Shown piece by piece: positions 53,078-64,000 of a DNA stretch of 64,000 nt (position 1 is the first letter of the stretch; the number at the start of each line of letters is the position of its first letter). The position numbers were made by a program, and so were the translations under genes. The stretch is taken from NCBI GenBank assembly GCA_028534125.1, contig CM052818.1:2606001-2670000 (forward strand), given 5' to 3'. Source of the stretch: Lama glama. Its lineage: Eukaryota. The notes beneath the pieces are model-generated. The model had not been told where the DNA came from. It did no database searches and saw nothing but the letters and a program-made list of their open reading frames with translations.

Positions 53078-53188
53078 GCAGGGAGGGTATAGCTCAGTGG
53101 TAGAGCACATGCTCAGCATGCACAAGGTCCTGGGTTCAATCCCCAGTACCTCCACTGAAAAAATTAAAAATAAAAATAAATAAAAAAA
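53078..53188 (+). mobile_element. Vic-1-type SINE, imperfect TSD agaaaatg.at.a.tg
   Basis: gggagggtatagctcagtggtagagcacatgctcagcatgcacaaggtcctgggttcaatccccagtacctcc plus A-tail. Confidence 0.9.
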
Positions 53189-53446
53189 GAAAATGCATTA
53201 ATGTAATTTACCTTATTAATGGATTAAAGCATTTAAAAACCTGGTATCTCAAAAAAAGTTTTAGAAAAAGTAAAAAAACCCTATCTATGATTGAAAACAA
53301 AAAAAAACAAAGAACAAAACTACTCTTTGAAAATAGAATAAAAGGGAAATTCCTTAACTCCAAAGTAGCCTCAAAAAACCCTACAGAGAATATCATACTC
53401 AATGGTATAATGTATAAACATTCTCTTTAAAATTTAGAGCAAAACC

Positions 53447-53750
53447 GGGGTGGGGGGTAGAGGGTGGGAAGGGATAGACTGGGATTTCAAAATTGTAGAA
53501 CAGATAAACAAGATTACACTGTATAGCACAGGGAAATATACACAAAATGTTATGATAAATCACAGAGAAAAAAATGTGACAATGAGTGTGTATATGTCCA
53601 TGTATGACTGAAAAATTGTACTGAACACTGGAATTTGACACAACACTGTANNNNNNNNNNNNNNNNNNNNNNNNNNNNNNNNNNNNNNNNNNNNNNNNNN
53701 NNNNNNNNNNNNNNNNNNNNNNNNNNNNNNNNNNNNNNNNNNNNNNNNNN
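53447..53750 (+). mobile_element. 5'-truncated young L1 3' end; its tail falls in the 100-N gap (53651-53750); TSD tagagcaaaacc
   Basis: Similar to the L1 3' end at 36720-36905; tagagcaaaacc at 53435-53446 and 53751-53762. Confidence 0.8.
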
Positions 53751-55086
53751 TAGAGCAAAACCACGATGCCTGCTATCATCATTCCAGTCAGCATTGCGCT
53801 GGAGGAAATAACCAAAGTAATTAGATGAACAGAAAACAGAAATTAGAAGGAAACAGAAGTATAATAAGGAAAACTCTGACACCCCTAATCTAATAAAGAT
53901 AGCACCCCAAAAAGCCTACAGACCAATTTCTCTTATAAAGATAGATGCAGACATTATAAATAAAGTATACGCCAGCCAAACTGAACAGTATATTAAGTAA
54001 GTGTGACCGCACAGGGTTTATTCCAAGAATGCAAGCATAGGTCAATCAACATTTAGGAACTGGTCAGCATTTGACAGTATAGTTCATAACAGGAGAGAGT
54101 TTGTCAGCATAAAGGAAAAACCCCACAAGATTATGTAAACAGAAACCAAAGGCTTTTGACAAAATTCCACAGCTGTTTCTAATACAATTCTATGTAAAAC
54201 AGAAACGGAAAAGAACTCCTTAAATACCAGACTATTTACCAAAATGAGCATCAACATCCTTGTCAATGGTAAAATGCTAAACCCATTTTCATTTCCAATA
54301 AAATCACTAATGCAGAGAGAGAAATGCCTGTATCACCAATGTTACTTAACATTGTTTCGGTAATTTCAGTTTATACAAGTAGACAAAAAAAAAATTGAAA
54401 ATAATATCAATAAACATAAATGGAGAAAGTTCTATTTTTTAAAAAGGTAGTGAGAGGAGACTGTATTTTTCAGAAATGTGAAAGAAAGACTGTGGAAATA
54501 TTCCAGATGACAGGAAGCTAAACAGTCATGATGATTAACTGTGATTCCTGGCCCTAGGCTGGATCCTACACGGGAGGGAGGAAATGCTCTAAAGGACTTA
54601 CACTAAGTTAGCTGATAAATGGGAATATAGATTGTAGATCAGATGAAAGTATCAGTGTAAATTTCTCAAGTTGGTAACTCTACCGGGTTGTGCAAGGAAG
54701 TATCCTTATTTAGGGGAATTACATACTGGTGTTTGGGGCATAATTTACCCTCAAAAGATCTAAAAAAAAGATGATGCCCACATACACACATGCATGCACA
54801 CGCAGACCATGTGACTGAACAGATGGGTCTGTGGATGTCCCTCGCACTATTTTTATTTTTGCAACCTTTTATAAATTTGAAATTGTTTCAAAGTTAAGCT
54901 TAAAATTAAAGTATGCCAATGGAAAAAGAGACATAATTCCCTTTATTTGCAGGTGATATTGTGTGTCTAAAAAAACACAAATGGATCTGGCTTAAAACAA
55001 AAACAAAAAGAAACAACAACAACAAAAACCCAGGATTAATAAGAGAATTTGGCTGACCACAAGATAAACATGTAAAAATCAATCTC

Positions 55087-55394
55087 ACATTATTTTCAAT
55101 AATAGGTCATTACAAGATATTGAATATAATTCCCTGTGTAATACAGTAAATCCTTGTTGCTGATCTGTTTTATGTATAGTAACTTGGATCAATCACATAA
55201 TCCTAAGTTATCCTATAGTAAGAAAAAAAATATATATATATACACATATATATAACTGAATCACTTTGCTGTACACCTGAAACTAACACAATATTGTAAA
55301 TCAACTATACTTCAATTTAAAAAAGTGTGTTCCTCCCAAAAGAATCACAGAATGTTACAAAAGATCATCAAAAAAAATTTATGCAAATATGGAA
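55087..55394. mobile_element. Short L1 3'-end insertion with inverted 5' half (twin-priming type)
   Basis: 55091-55213 is antisense L1 3' UTR, 55214-55324 is the sense terminal part with A-tail; flanks aaaaatcaatctc / aaaaatcagtctc. Confidence 0.65.
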
Positions 55395-58300
55395 AAAAAT
55401 CAGTCTCTGGTTTTTTTTTTCCCTAGTGCCAAAACGGATAAAATATCTGGAAATACATTAACAAGAGAGGTACAAGAAAATAATAAAATCTAACTGAAGG
55501 GCACAAAACAAGCCTTAGAGAAATGGAGGACAATAGTGTTTCCCAAGACAGAATGACTTACTGTCATAAACATATAATTCCTTTTCAAAACTGTGTAAAT
55601 TCAATGCATTCCCAATGGAGTATTTCTTCTGGAACTTAATAAAGTGATCTTCACGTTCATATAAATGTCTGAGAACATCCAAAAACAGTTATGGAAAAAA
55701 TCAGGGTGGAGGACTTGTCAGATATTATAACGTGTTCTAAAGGTTCCTGGGTCACGTGGTCAATGTTGATGTTGGACAGATGAACCGAGAAGTGAGAAGG
55801 CTGGAGTCTAGAAACAGACCCCAGATTTTAGGAGACTGTTAAAGCACAGATGTGGTATGTTAATTCACAGGAATAAGAATTTATTGAACAAATGGTGCTA
55901 ATATAACTGGGTATCCACACCTATTATAAGCACAAACGCATTCCAGGCATATAAAAATTTTAAATATAAAACTAGAACAAATGAAATACTTGAAGAGCTT
56001 TTCTTCTGTCCTTCCTAATGGAATAATGCAGTTAAAAGCTGGCTAAGAGAGGTGTCTTTAAGAAATCCAGAAGCCATCAACAAAAAATAGAAATATTTGA
56101 TTATATAAACGAATATTGACATTTCCGTATGGCAAAGATACCATAAACAAAGAAGAGCAATCAAATGAAGAATCCCCACAATGCCCAATGTACAACTCAG
56201 TGTGTAGGAAGATTTCGCCGAGAAGGAAGAGAGATCTGAACAGACAAATGGATGCTCAACTCCCCTAGTCATCAGGGAAATGCAAATAAAAGCAAGACAG
56301 GTCTAGCCTCATCTATTAGGCAAAATTACAGGAGGGCACATACTCAGGGTTGGCAAGGATGTTGGGAGTGGGTCCTCTCATGCATGCTTGGTTGGAATGT
56401 GAATTACCACAGCCTTGAATTACCACAGCCCTGCAATTGTCAATATCTATTTAAAAATAAATATCCACTTTGAATCAACAATTCCATTTGGAGGGAATCC
56501 ATCCTGTAGCAGTAGAGGCACCAGTGTGAAAGGGATATAATATTGCTATACTCTTGCTCTTTGTAAGAGCAAAACCTGGAAACATGCTGAATGTCTCCCA
56601 GTAATGGAGTAAATCACAGTCCATCCAGACTATATAGCTTACGGTGCTACTATCAAAATGAAAGAGTAAAATGTGTATCTACCGACATGGAGGAAATCCT
56701 TGCTGTTGGAAGAGACTAACAGCAACGTAAACATCTAACGTGTTTATCTTTGCCCAAATACAGCAGGGAGGCGGGGTGCGTGGCTCGGTTCCCCAAAAGG
56801 ATGTGTGCAGGGTAGGGGGGTCTCTCTCCCAGGGCAGGAGGATTTGCAGCCCTGTCAGTCACTGAGAGAAGCTCTGGCTTGGTCCCTCCTTGTCCTGTGA
56901 AGAGGATGCCAGGGAAGCAAACTTGTTCTCCCCCAAACCTCCCTCAGGCCCTAAGAAGTGGGGACAGGGGGCAGGAGACCCTCCCCAACGGGAATGCTCA
57001 GATGTCCTTGGAGGGGCTGATGCCTGGCTGTCTTTGGCTTCCCAACCACAAGAGGGAGCCTGAGAGCAAGGACTGCGAGGCCCCGGAACAGTTAACTAAG
57101 CCCAGGCTCTTTCCTTTCTGCTCCGGGTGGGTCTGTGTCTCTCTATTTGAAATGGCCCCTGGCTTCATGGTCTGTGGGCTGGTGGCCTCAGGAGGCAAAC
57201 TTCTGAACAGAACACAGGCCAAAGCGGGCCCCACAGCAGTCAGGCAGTGGGCTCAATCAAAACCAGGCAGCAGGGGCGATAAAAAGCAATCGTTTTTATG
57301 TGAATTTCTGTGGGTGAGGGCGGGTGGGAGGAAAGGAGAGTGGAGAGGAGGTGGCCCTCTGTGTGTCCCTGAAAGATGCAATCAGAGAAAATGAACTTTA
57401 AAGAGCAGAGAGGTAACACTCAGACAGGAGGAAGAACCATCAGAACCACAGCGCCCGAGCCTTGAAGGTGTTGTCTGGGATCTTTTAGGAAGAGAATGCT
57501 AGTCGTTTGTTTGCAGGGAGGGGTGGACATAGCCACTTAGAGCAGTGCGTGCAGGGGGAGACTTCTAACGTGCAACAGTCAGCTTATGTGTCCACCCGGT
57601 CTCCCAGCCACAGACCTGATTCTCTCAGCTCTCACTGTTGGTTACCAGACTATAGGGAGTGTGGATGGTTCGATGCAACCCGTCTCCTCTGTTGGGGATT
57701 CAACCCAGTTCTCAACAGGCAAGGGGTCAGACACAGGAGAGATGCCATACAGACTCAGGGCCCTGGGAAGTTCTTAGTAAGCCTGGCAGGACCTGTACAG
57801 GGCATGCTGCCTCCAAGGCCTCTCCCTCTGACAATGCACGGGGCAGTTTGGGAACGCCTCTTTGGAAACTGTTTTCCAATCAGATGCACACACTTTTGAA
57901 AGCTCTCTCCTTGAAGAGTATGGGAGGAGCCATAGACATTTGGACCCAAGTCTGGTGGATGAGTTGAGTCTCAAATAAGACTGGTTTGAGTCACAAAATA
58001 CAGGAGTTGGGAGCTCCTCTAGAGCAGTGGTTGGAAGTGTGGTCCCCGCCAAGTAGCCGTAGCAACCGGGAACTCATCAGACCGCAACCCAGGCGGCTGA
58101 TTCAGAACTTTGAGTTGGGGACCAAAGATCTCTCCAGGGAATTCTGATGCGTGCTCGAGTATGACAACCTCTGCTCTAGTGAAATCTCTCTAGACCATCC
58201 CAGGTAGGTGGAGTTCAGCTAGCCAGACTCCTCTTGACTGTATACACGACCTGTGTGATCGTGTGTGAGGTTATGTGAGTGTGCGGGTCTATGAGTGTGC

Positions 58301-59056
58301 TTTTGTGGGATCACGTCTGTGGATATTTAATGATCTAGACGAGTCAGTTTTACACTAAAAAAAAATCAGGGGTGTAGACTTTGCTGGGTCACAAACCCTA
58401 GAAAATCAGATTAAATTGTGTAAATTACCCCCGAGGAAAACGCACAGGCACAAGAATACTGCCTGAAAAGATCTGAGTACAATTTCAAGGCCCTGACTAC
58501 CTGGTTAAGAATTTCTGATGTTCACAAAATCCTTCCTCCAAATTATTTTTCCATTTGAGGACGTGTCATTGCCTGTGTGATTCAATTCGGACAGAAGGCG
58601 GCGCTATAGAGACAGAATTGTGGCCTTTTTGCCCAAGCAACTCTGGAACAAGGGGTGTGGGACAGTGGAGAGGGTATGAAGGTGACTTCTTCATGTCTGC
58701 GCTTATGAGAAGGTCGACTATTGCTTCCTTTCCTTCCCCCTGCAAACCCAGGGTTCTCTGAGTGTCTCCATCACCCAGTTACTCTGATCTGCAAGAGTTA
58801 CAGATGCATCCGATAATCACAGAACGACAGCCTGGGAATCTACCTCCAGTTTCTTAGTCCAGCCCCATTTTACAGCTGAAAAATGGGTGTCTGCATAGGT
58901 GCTGGCTCTCCATACACGTGGGGTCCTAGAGACTGACAGGTAGGGAGTGCGGTGGAGGCGGGCAAGGGGGCAGGAGATTCACCAACTGTGTATTTAATCA
59001 GGCATATGAACATCCGTGCACTCCAGGCTGGGCTATTGTTAGCTCTTCTCAAGGAG

Positions 59057-59057
<1 letters not shown>

Positions 59058-59105
<48 letters not shown>
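59058..59105. repeat. (AAT)16 microsatellite
   Basis: Read directly. Confidence 0.97.
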
Positions 59106-59106
<1 letters not shown>

Positions 59107-59184
59107 GTACATTAATCGGATTTGATTCCCATCACAACTCTATTACCATTTAATCGAGGAGAAACTGGGGTTTACAATCCTAGA

Positions 59185-59340
59185 TGGATGATTCTCAAAC
59201 TTAAAGGAGCATCAGACCACCTGGAAGATTTTAAAAAACGGACCTCTGGGCCCCATCCCCAGAGTTTCTGATTCTGTCAGTCTTGGGTAAAGGAACCTGT
59301 ATTTCTAACGAGGTCCCATGGGGAGCTGCTGCTGCTGATC
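59185..59340. mobile_element. MER5A-like element (another probable copy at about 58023-58178)
   Basis: ttctcaaactt...gcatcaga.cacctgga...ctgggccccatccccagagtttctgattc...atttctaac..gtccca..g..gctg.tgctgctg. Confidence 0.7.
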
Positions 59341-60882
59341 TAGAATCGACAGGTAGCTAGCAGAAAGGGTGGGATGGATCTGGGGCGAAAACCGTAGAAG
59401 TCTGAGTCAGACAGTCTGACTCCAGTGCACACACAGAACGACCCCACCGCACTTCCATCCAGGGCATCCCTGACACTGATGGGTCCAACTGTGATGTCTG
59501 TATGAGCTTGGAATCTGTTTTCCACAAATCAGTGGGTCTGATTTCCTTAACACAGTTGGCCCAGCTTTTGATAGGTCCATATTTAGTCATGCGAACACTT
59601 ACTCATTTATTCATTTACTTGCCCTTCCTTTGGACAAACGGAGCACCTAAGATGGGCTGGGTGTTCAGTAGAAGTGCAGTGTGGGGCCCAGGATTAATAA
59701 ACACCATCATGTCCCATAGGAGAGCACAGTGTGGGGGGGTGGGGGGGGCAGGAGAAGACATGTGGCCAGGTGGTGAACAAATGCCTCAGTGGATGCTGCC
59801 AGCAAGACAGTACACAAAGCCAAAAGCAAGGACAGGGTCACTGCCCAGGAGGCTTGGTGAAGCTTCCAGGAGAAGATGAGTCAGAAGAAGGGATGAGGGG
59901 AAAGGTAGTCAAGAAGGCAGAGTATGTGCAAAGGCCCAGAGACATGGAATGGCAGCTCCGCACGGAGACAGTGTGGGTTTCTAAGTGGGGAAGGGAGAGT
60001 GATGCGACGTGGAAAGGAAGGCAGGACCCTTAGAGGATGGAGGACCTCTAAGGTGAAGGTCTGGGGAGCCCTAGTGAGTTTAACAGGGGAGAGAAGGGGT
60101 CAGGGCTGCATGGCTGCAGGGGAGAGGATGGGAGGGCACCAGACTGGGCGCCCATAGACCACGGCCAAGATAAGGGGGTTGGTAGGGAGAGATCGCTGAC
60201 CCAACATGAGCAGTGACAGACTGGGGTCCGGGGAGGGTGGAATCAAGGATGGCACCCTGATTTCCAGGTCGGGGGTGGGTGCTGTGGTGTGGGAGATGGG
60301 GGTGGCCCTAGTTGGTGGGGGCGCAGGAAGCAGAGTGATCTGGTGGTTTTGCAGGGCTCTTCGTGCCTCGAGAATCCCCAACGTGTCTGCCATGGTCCTA
60401 TGGTTCCCCAGGGACACCGAGTGGCCCACACCCCACCTCCCCTGTGAGGCCGCTTCCCACTCAAGCTGCCGGTTCCCAGGCTGAGCTATTCCAAAGGCCT
60501 CTGCAAACCTCAAGCTCTGGAGAAAAGGTAGCTGGCATCCATCTGCCGCCTCCACCTCTTACCTTTAAAAGAGGACCCGTGGGAGGCAGGTGGGAGTGTC
60601 CTGCCTTACAGGGAAGTTTGATGCAGGACACAGCTGTTCTACTGATGAGGAAAGAGACATGATAGCCGGGGTCCCCCAGTTCATTGCCCATAGCAGCAGG
60701 TCTCTTAAGGCCCCGAGTGGGGCCCCCTGATAAGGCAGGAAGGGGAAACCTCAGGTGGCTGGGGGTGGGGGGCAGGGGGTTGGAAAGAATGGAGTGGGTG
60801 CATGGGGGCCACCTAGGGGCAGGGCAATTTAGAAGAAATCTGGGATCTGGCCGTGGTGCCTGGGAAGAGACAGAAGTCTTAC

Positions 60883-60938
60883 CTTGACCTGGTCCAGCAC
60901 CACCAGGGGGCCATTGACGCTGCACACGGTCCTGTAGG
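60883..60938 (-). CDS. ATP6V1B1: ATP6V1B1 exon 2 (T/YRTVCSVNGPLVVLDQVK)
   Basis: ctgcag acceptor, GTAAGA donor, 56 nt. Confidence 0.95.
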
Positions 60939-63900
60939 CTGCAGGGGGGAATGGGTGAGGGTCTCACCCCGACACCCCAACAGACACACACACACACACA
61001 GGCATCCCCTGCCTTCCCTTCCTCTAAGCACCACCCCCACTCCTCTCCGGGGCCTGGGCCGTCAGGGTCATTAGCTGTGACAGGGCCAGCCACCATTGCT
61101 GTAAGGGTCATGCCCCTGCCTGCAGGGCCCCCCGCCGCTTCGGACACCTGCAGGAGGCTGGGGGAGGGCCAGGGCAAGAGCAGAGGCCCCTCGGAGTCCT
61201 CCCCTCCCCTCCCCAGCCCTGCAGTGGCCTTTCTCATCCCTGAGGAAGCTCCCCTCTGGCCTCAGCCCCCACCTAACTGGCTCCCTCCTCTCTGACCCAC
61301 AACATTTTCCAAAAGCTAGAGAGGTAATGAGAACTGCCCTCTCTGCCCTTCACCAGGACCACACTTCTCTCGGTCACTGGATGCTGGCTGAGCTCTGTGT
61401 GTGTGTGTATGTGGTGGGGGTGCAGGCATCAGTGAGAAAAACCAGCCAGAACCCTGCTCTGCCACAAGGCTGAGCTCACTGGGTGCCTGTGGGGAAGGGG
61501 AAAGAGCAGAGCCACAAAGAAGGAGGAAGAAGCAGATTGTCCCCATCCTAGTGACCGGAGGCCTGCAGATGGGGACGTGAGCTCAGCTTCTAGGGAGGGG
61601 TGGGGTGAGACAACAGGAAATACTTCCTAGCTCCAGTACCGGGGACCCCAGGAGAAGCACAGACTGGCAGACAGGAAGCTTACTTTGGCTCTGAGGGGGG
61701 CCAGCTGAGGGCCCCTGGGTCCTTCCCTCACCTATAACCCCAGGACATGGAAGCCCTTCCCCCCTGGGTCCTTGTGAAGCACCCTTGAGCCAACTGGGAT
61801 GAAGGAACTCGGCAGGGCAGGATGGTCAGGGGTGTCGGCGAGGTGGCTGGGTCACTGCCAGGCTGGAAGGGTCTCTGCTGGGAGAGTGGTCCAAGTCCCC
61901 ACTCGACAGGCCAGGACAGTGGGGCCCAGACAGGTGGAGAGCCCACGCAGGGTCACAGACCACGTGGGCTCCCGGCCACCCACCCTTGTGCTTCTGGCAA
62001 GTTTGGCTTGAGTCCCCCGCTTCCCCAGGGAAGCCACGCACCGGCCCACGCCCTCCCTGGTTGAGGGCTTAGTGGTCAACCCCTTATTTGTGTCAGCCCT
62101 AAGCTCCTTTCCCAGGGAACTGGGCTAGGAAGACGAGCTGGGCCAGGTGATCCTCGCACGGATGTTTGCCAGGTTCTTCTGGGCTTAAGGGCTGTTAGGA
62201 AAACTCAAGAAGGCTGATAAGTTCTTGGACTTGGGCCTGGAGCTGGGGAACGACCTCACCTTCCTGCCCTCAAACTACCAGCCCCCACCTGAGCTGCCCT
62301 CTTCTCCTTTCCCACGGAGGTGATGTTCACCCTTCCATCGTAGCCAGGCTGCGTGCTGGGGTGACAGGCCAGCAGGCCCTCTCTGTGCCTTCCCATCCGA
62401 CCCTGGTATCTCCCCACTCCCACCCCCGCTGCCCCGGCTCCTCCTCAGCCTGTTTTCAGGACCTTTGGATGCAGAGGCCTCAAGGCCGTGGCCTGGCTCT
62501 TGACATCTCACACCCCTGCCCTCCAAGCTTTGCTGCCCTTCCCCCTCCTCCCATCTTATCTTTGAGCCCATCTGTCAGATGCCTCCAATTTAAAAGGGGC
62601 TAAAGATGAAATAATTGCCAACTGCTGTGAAGGGAGAAAGCCAGGCGGGCGGGACTGGGCCGGAGCACCAGGCTGGGAGCTCGTGGAAGAGGCACCTGGC
62701 AGGAAGGGCCATTTGAGCTGCGGCTCCAAGGTCAGGTGGAGTCACGCAGCCAGCCCCCAGAGATCTGGACAAAGGGCACCGCTGGCAAAAGTGAGGAGGC
62801 TCAGAGGCCGGAGAGAACTCGGGGCTTCTGGGGAACAGAGAGATGGGCAGCTCAGCTGGTGTGCACAGGCTCCCTTCCGGGCGTGAGAGGACACTCAGCC
62901 CCGTGCCCTGTGCCCCGCAAGGCCAGGGGCGTCTGCAGTGTGGGCTGCTGATGATAGACACTCAGTAAATATTTGTTGGATGAATCACGGAAGGCGTCAC
63001 CTGGTCCCACCAGCTCATGCCCATCTTTCCCAGATCAGGATCGATGTGTCCCCCTACACACACACCTCCTCAGACCCAAACCAAATGAGGGTCCTGTCAG
63101 CAGCCTCAGGCTGGCTCCCCTGGCTCCTGCCATCCCCGTGAAGACAGAATGGAAGGGCTGAGAAAGAGGGTGCACGGGGCTGACGGGGTGGTTGGCATAG
63201 GAAGACCCCAGCCTCGGAGGGCTAGGGCAGAGGCTGGGGCCTCACGTCCCCACCGAGAAGGACGATCATCAAGCAGCCACACATGCCCTTCCTGTCCATG
63301 TGGCATTTTGATCAGCGCCTCTGGATTAGTAGGACTGTGTGGAGTGGAGTGGGGCAGGTGAGCCCAGCAGAGGGAGGATGGGGAAGGACTGTGAGAACAG
63401 GGGAAGGAGCGTGGGGCAGCGAGAGCCGGAATTTTAAAAAGCCCTGGGGAAGAGCTGGCATCTTACTGGCCCTGTAGAGAAAATACCAGACCAGCCAAAA
63501 GGGTTGAGATGGCAGAATAAAGATGCAAGGTGGGCTGGCTGTGTAGGGAGGTGAGGGTGTCGGGGGAGAAGGGGTCCTGAGATGCAGAAAGCCCCGGGGA
63601 ATCATTTCCAATCCCACCTGGGGAGACAAAGCTTTCAGTTTCCTCCCTTCGTCCGCAGCTGGCCCTGCTCCCCTCCCCGGCCCATTTCACAGCTTCTGCC
63701 ACGTAAAATCCGTTAACTCTGACATTCAACAACTCTACCTTGGGGGGGGTGCCTGCCAGGAGAAGAGGAGTGATGGGCACCCCTCTAGCTCCCCGGGAGG
63801 AGGGGGTGGTCTCGGGGGAGTCTAGGGGCTGGGGCAAAGTGCTTGCCTGCAGCAGAGCCGGGTCCTCTGCGCGGCCAGCTTCTCAGTTCCAGGCAGCATG

Positions 63901-64000
63901 AGGTCCGTAAGTCCCCATCTCATCACACCAGGCTCATCCCTAAGCCAGACGCAGCGCTTGGCTCGAGGTGCCGGACACATGCATCGCTCCAGAGCCTGGG

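Larger units (their letters stand above)
51830..56700 (+). mobile_element. Mosaic of old L1 ORF2 and 3' UTR fragments with nested younger insertions
   Basis: A-rich; ggttctttgaaaag, tcattttatgaggc.aggataaccttgatac, atagatgcaaaa, gcttttgacaaaattc, cagggaaatgcaaat; heavily degenerate. Confidence 0.75.

Noticed and set aside
53078..53155. tRNA-like sequences with A and B boxes (also 10255, 41440, 51172)
   Set aside because: SINE heads with A-tails and TSDs, not tRNA genes.
58870..59112. Poly-Tyr ORF, and the CV/TH/ER-repeat ORFs at 13.9 kb and 15.4 kb
   Set aside because: Translations of microsatellites.
60461..61237. 258 aa minus-strand ORF spanning ATP6V1B1 exon 2
   Set aside because: Different frame from the real exon, low-complexity GC-rich intronic sequence, no recognisable domain.

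Overview
Mammalian genomic DNA, very probably camelid (alpaca, llama or camel), judged by tRNA-derived SINEs of the Vic-1 type. It covers the conserved NAGK-TEX261-ANKRD53-ATP6V1B1 block (human 2p13.3 ortholog). Genes: NAGK coding exon 1 with its CpG-island promoter (minus strand, rest of the gene left of the window); complete 6-exon TEX261 (+, 196 aa); 6-exon ANKRD53 (minus, about 495 aa, start codon inferred); ATP6V1B1 exons 2-14 (minus, exon 1 right of the window, ending in DTAL). Exon boundaries were read from GT/AG junctions and join in frame. The rest is intronic or intergenic DNA with layered repeats (old and young L1, Vic-1 SINEs, hAT/MER, LTRs, L2/MIR, CR1, a U2 snRNA pseudogene, microsatellites) and two N-gaps. 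I found no clearly new biological system. The best leads lie in the 19 kb NAGK-TEX261 interval: an old ~430 bp direct duplication that starts at a small candidate exon and its splice donor, a possible divergent spliced transcript from the NAGK promoter, and a MER41-like LTR with an intact GAS motif. Other leads are a probably full-length L1 hidden in the 500-N gap and opposing poly(A) signals in an L2 tail between TEX261 and ANKRD53. Repeat family names and ortholog comparisons are from recall and need database confirmation.
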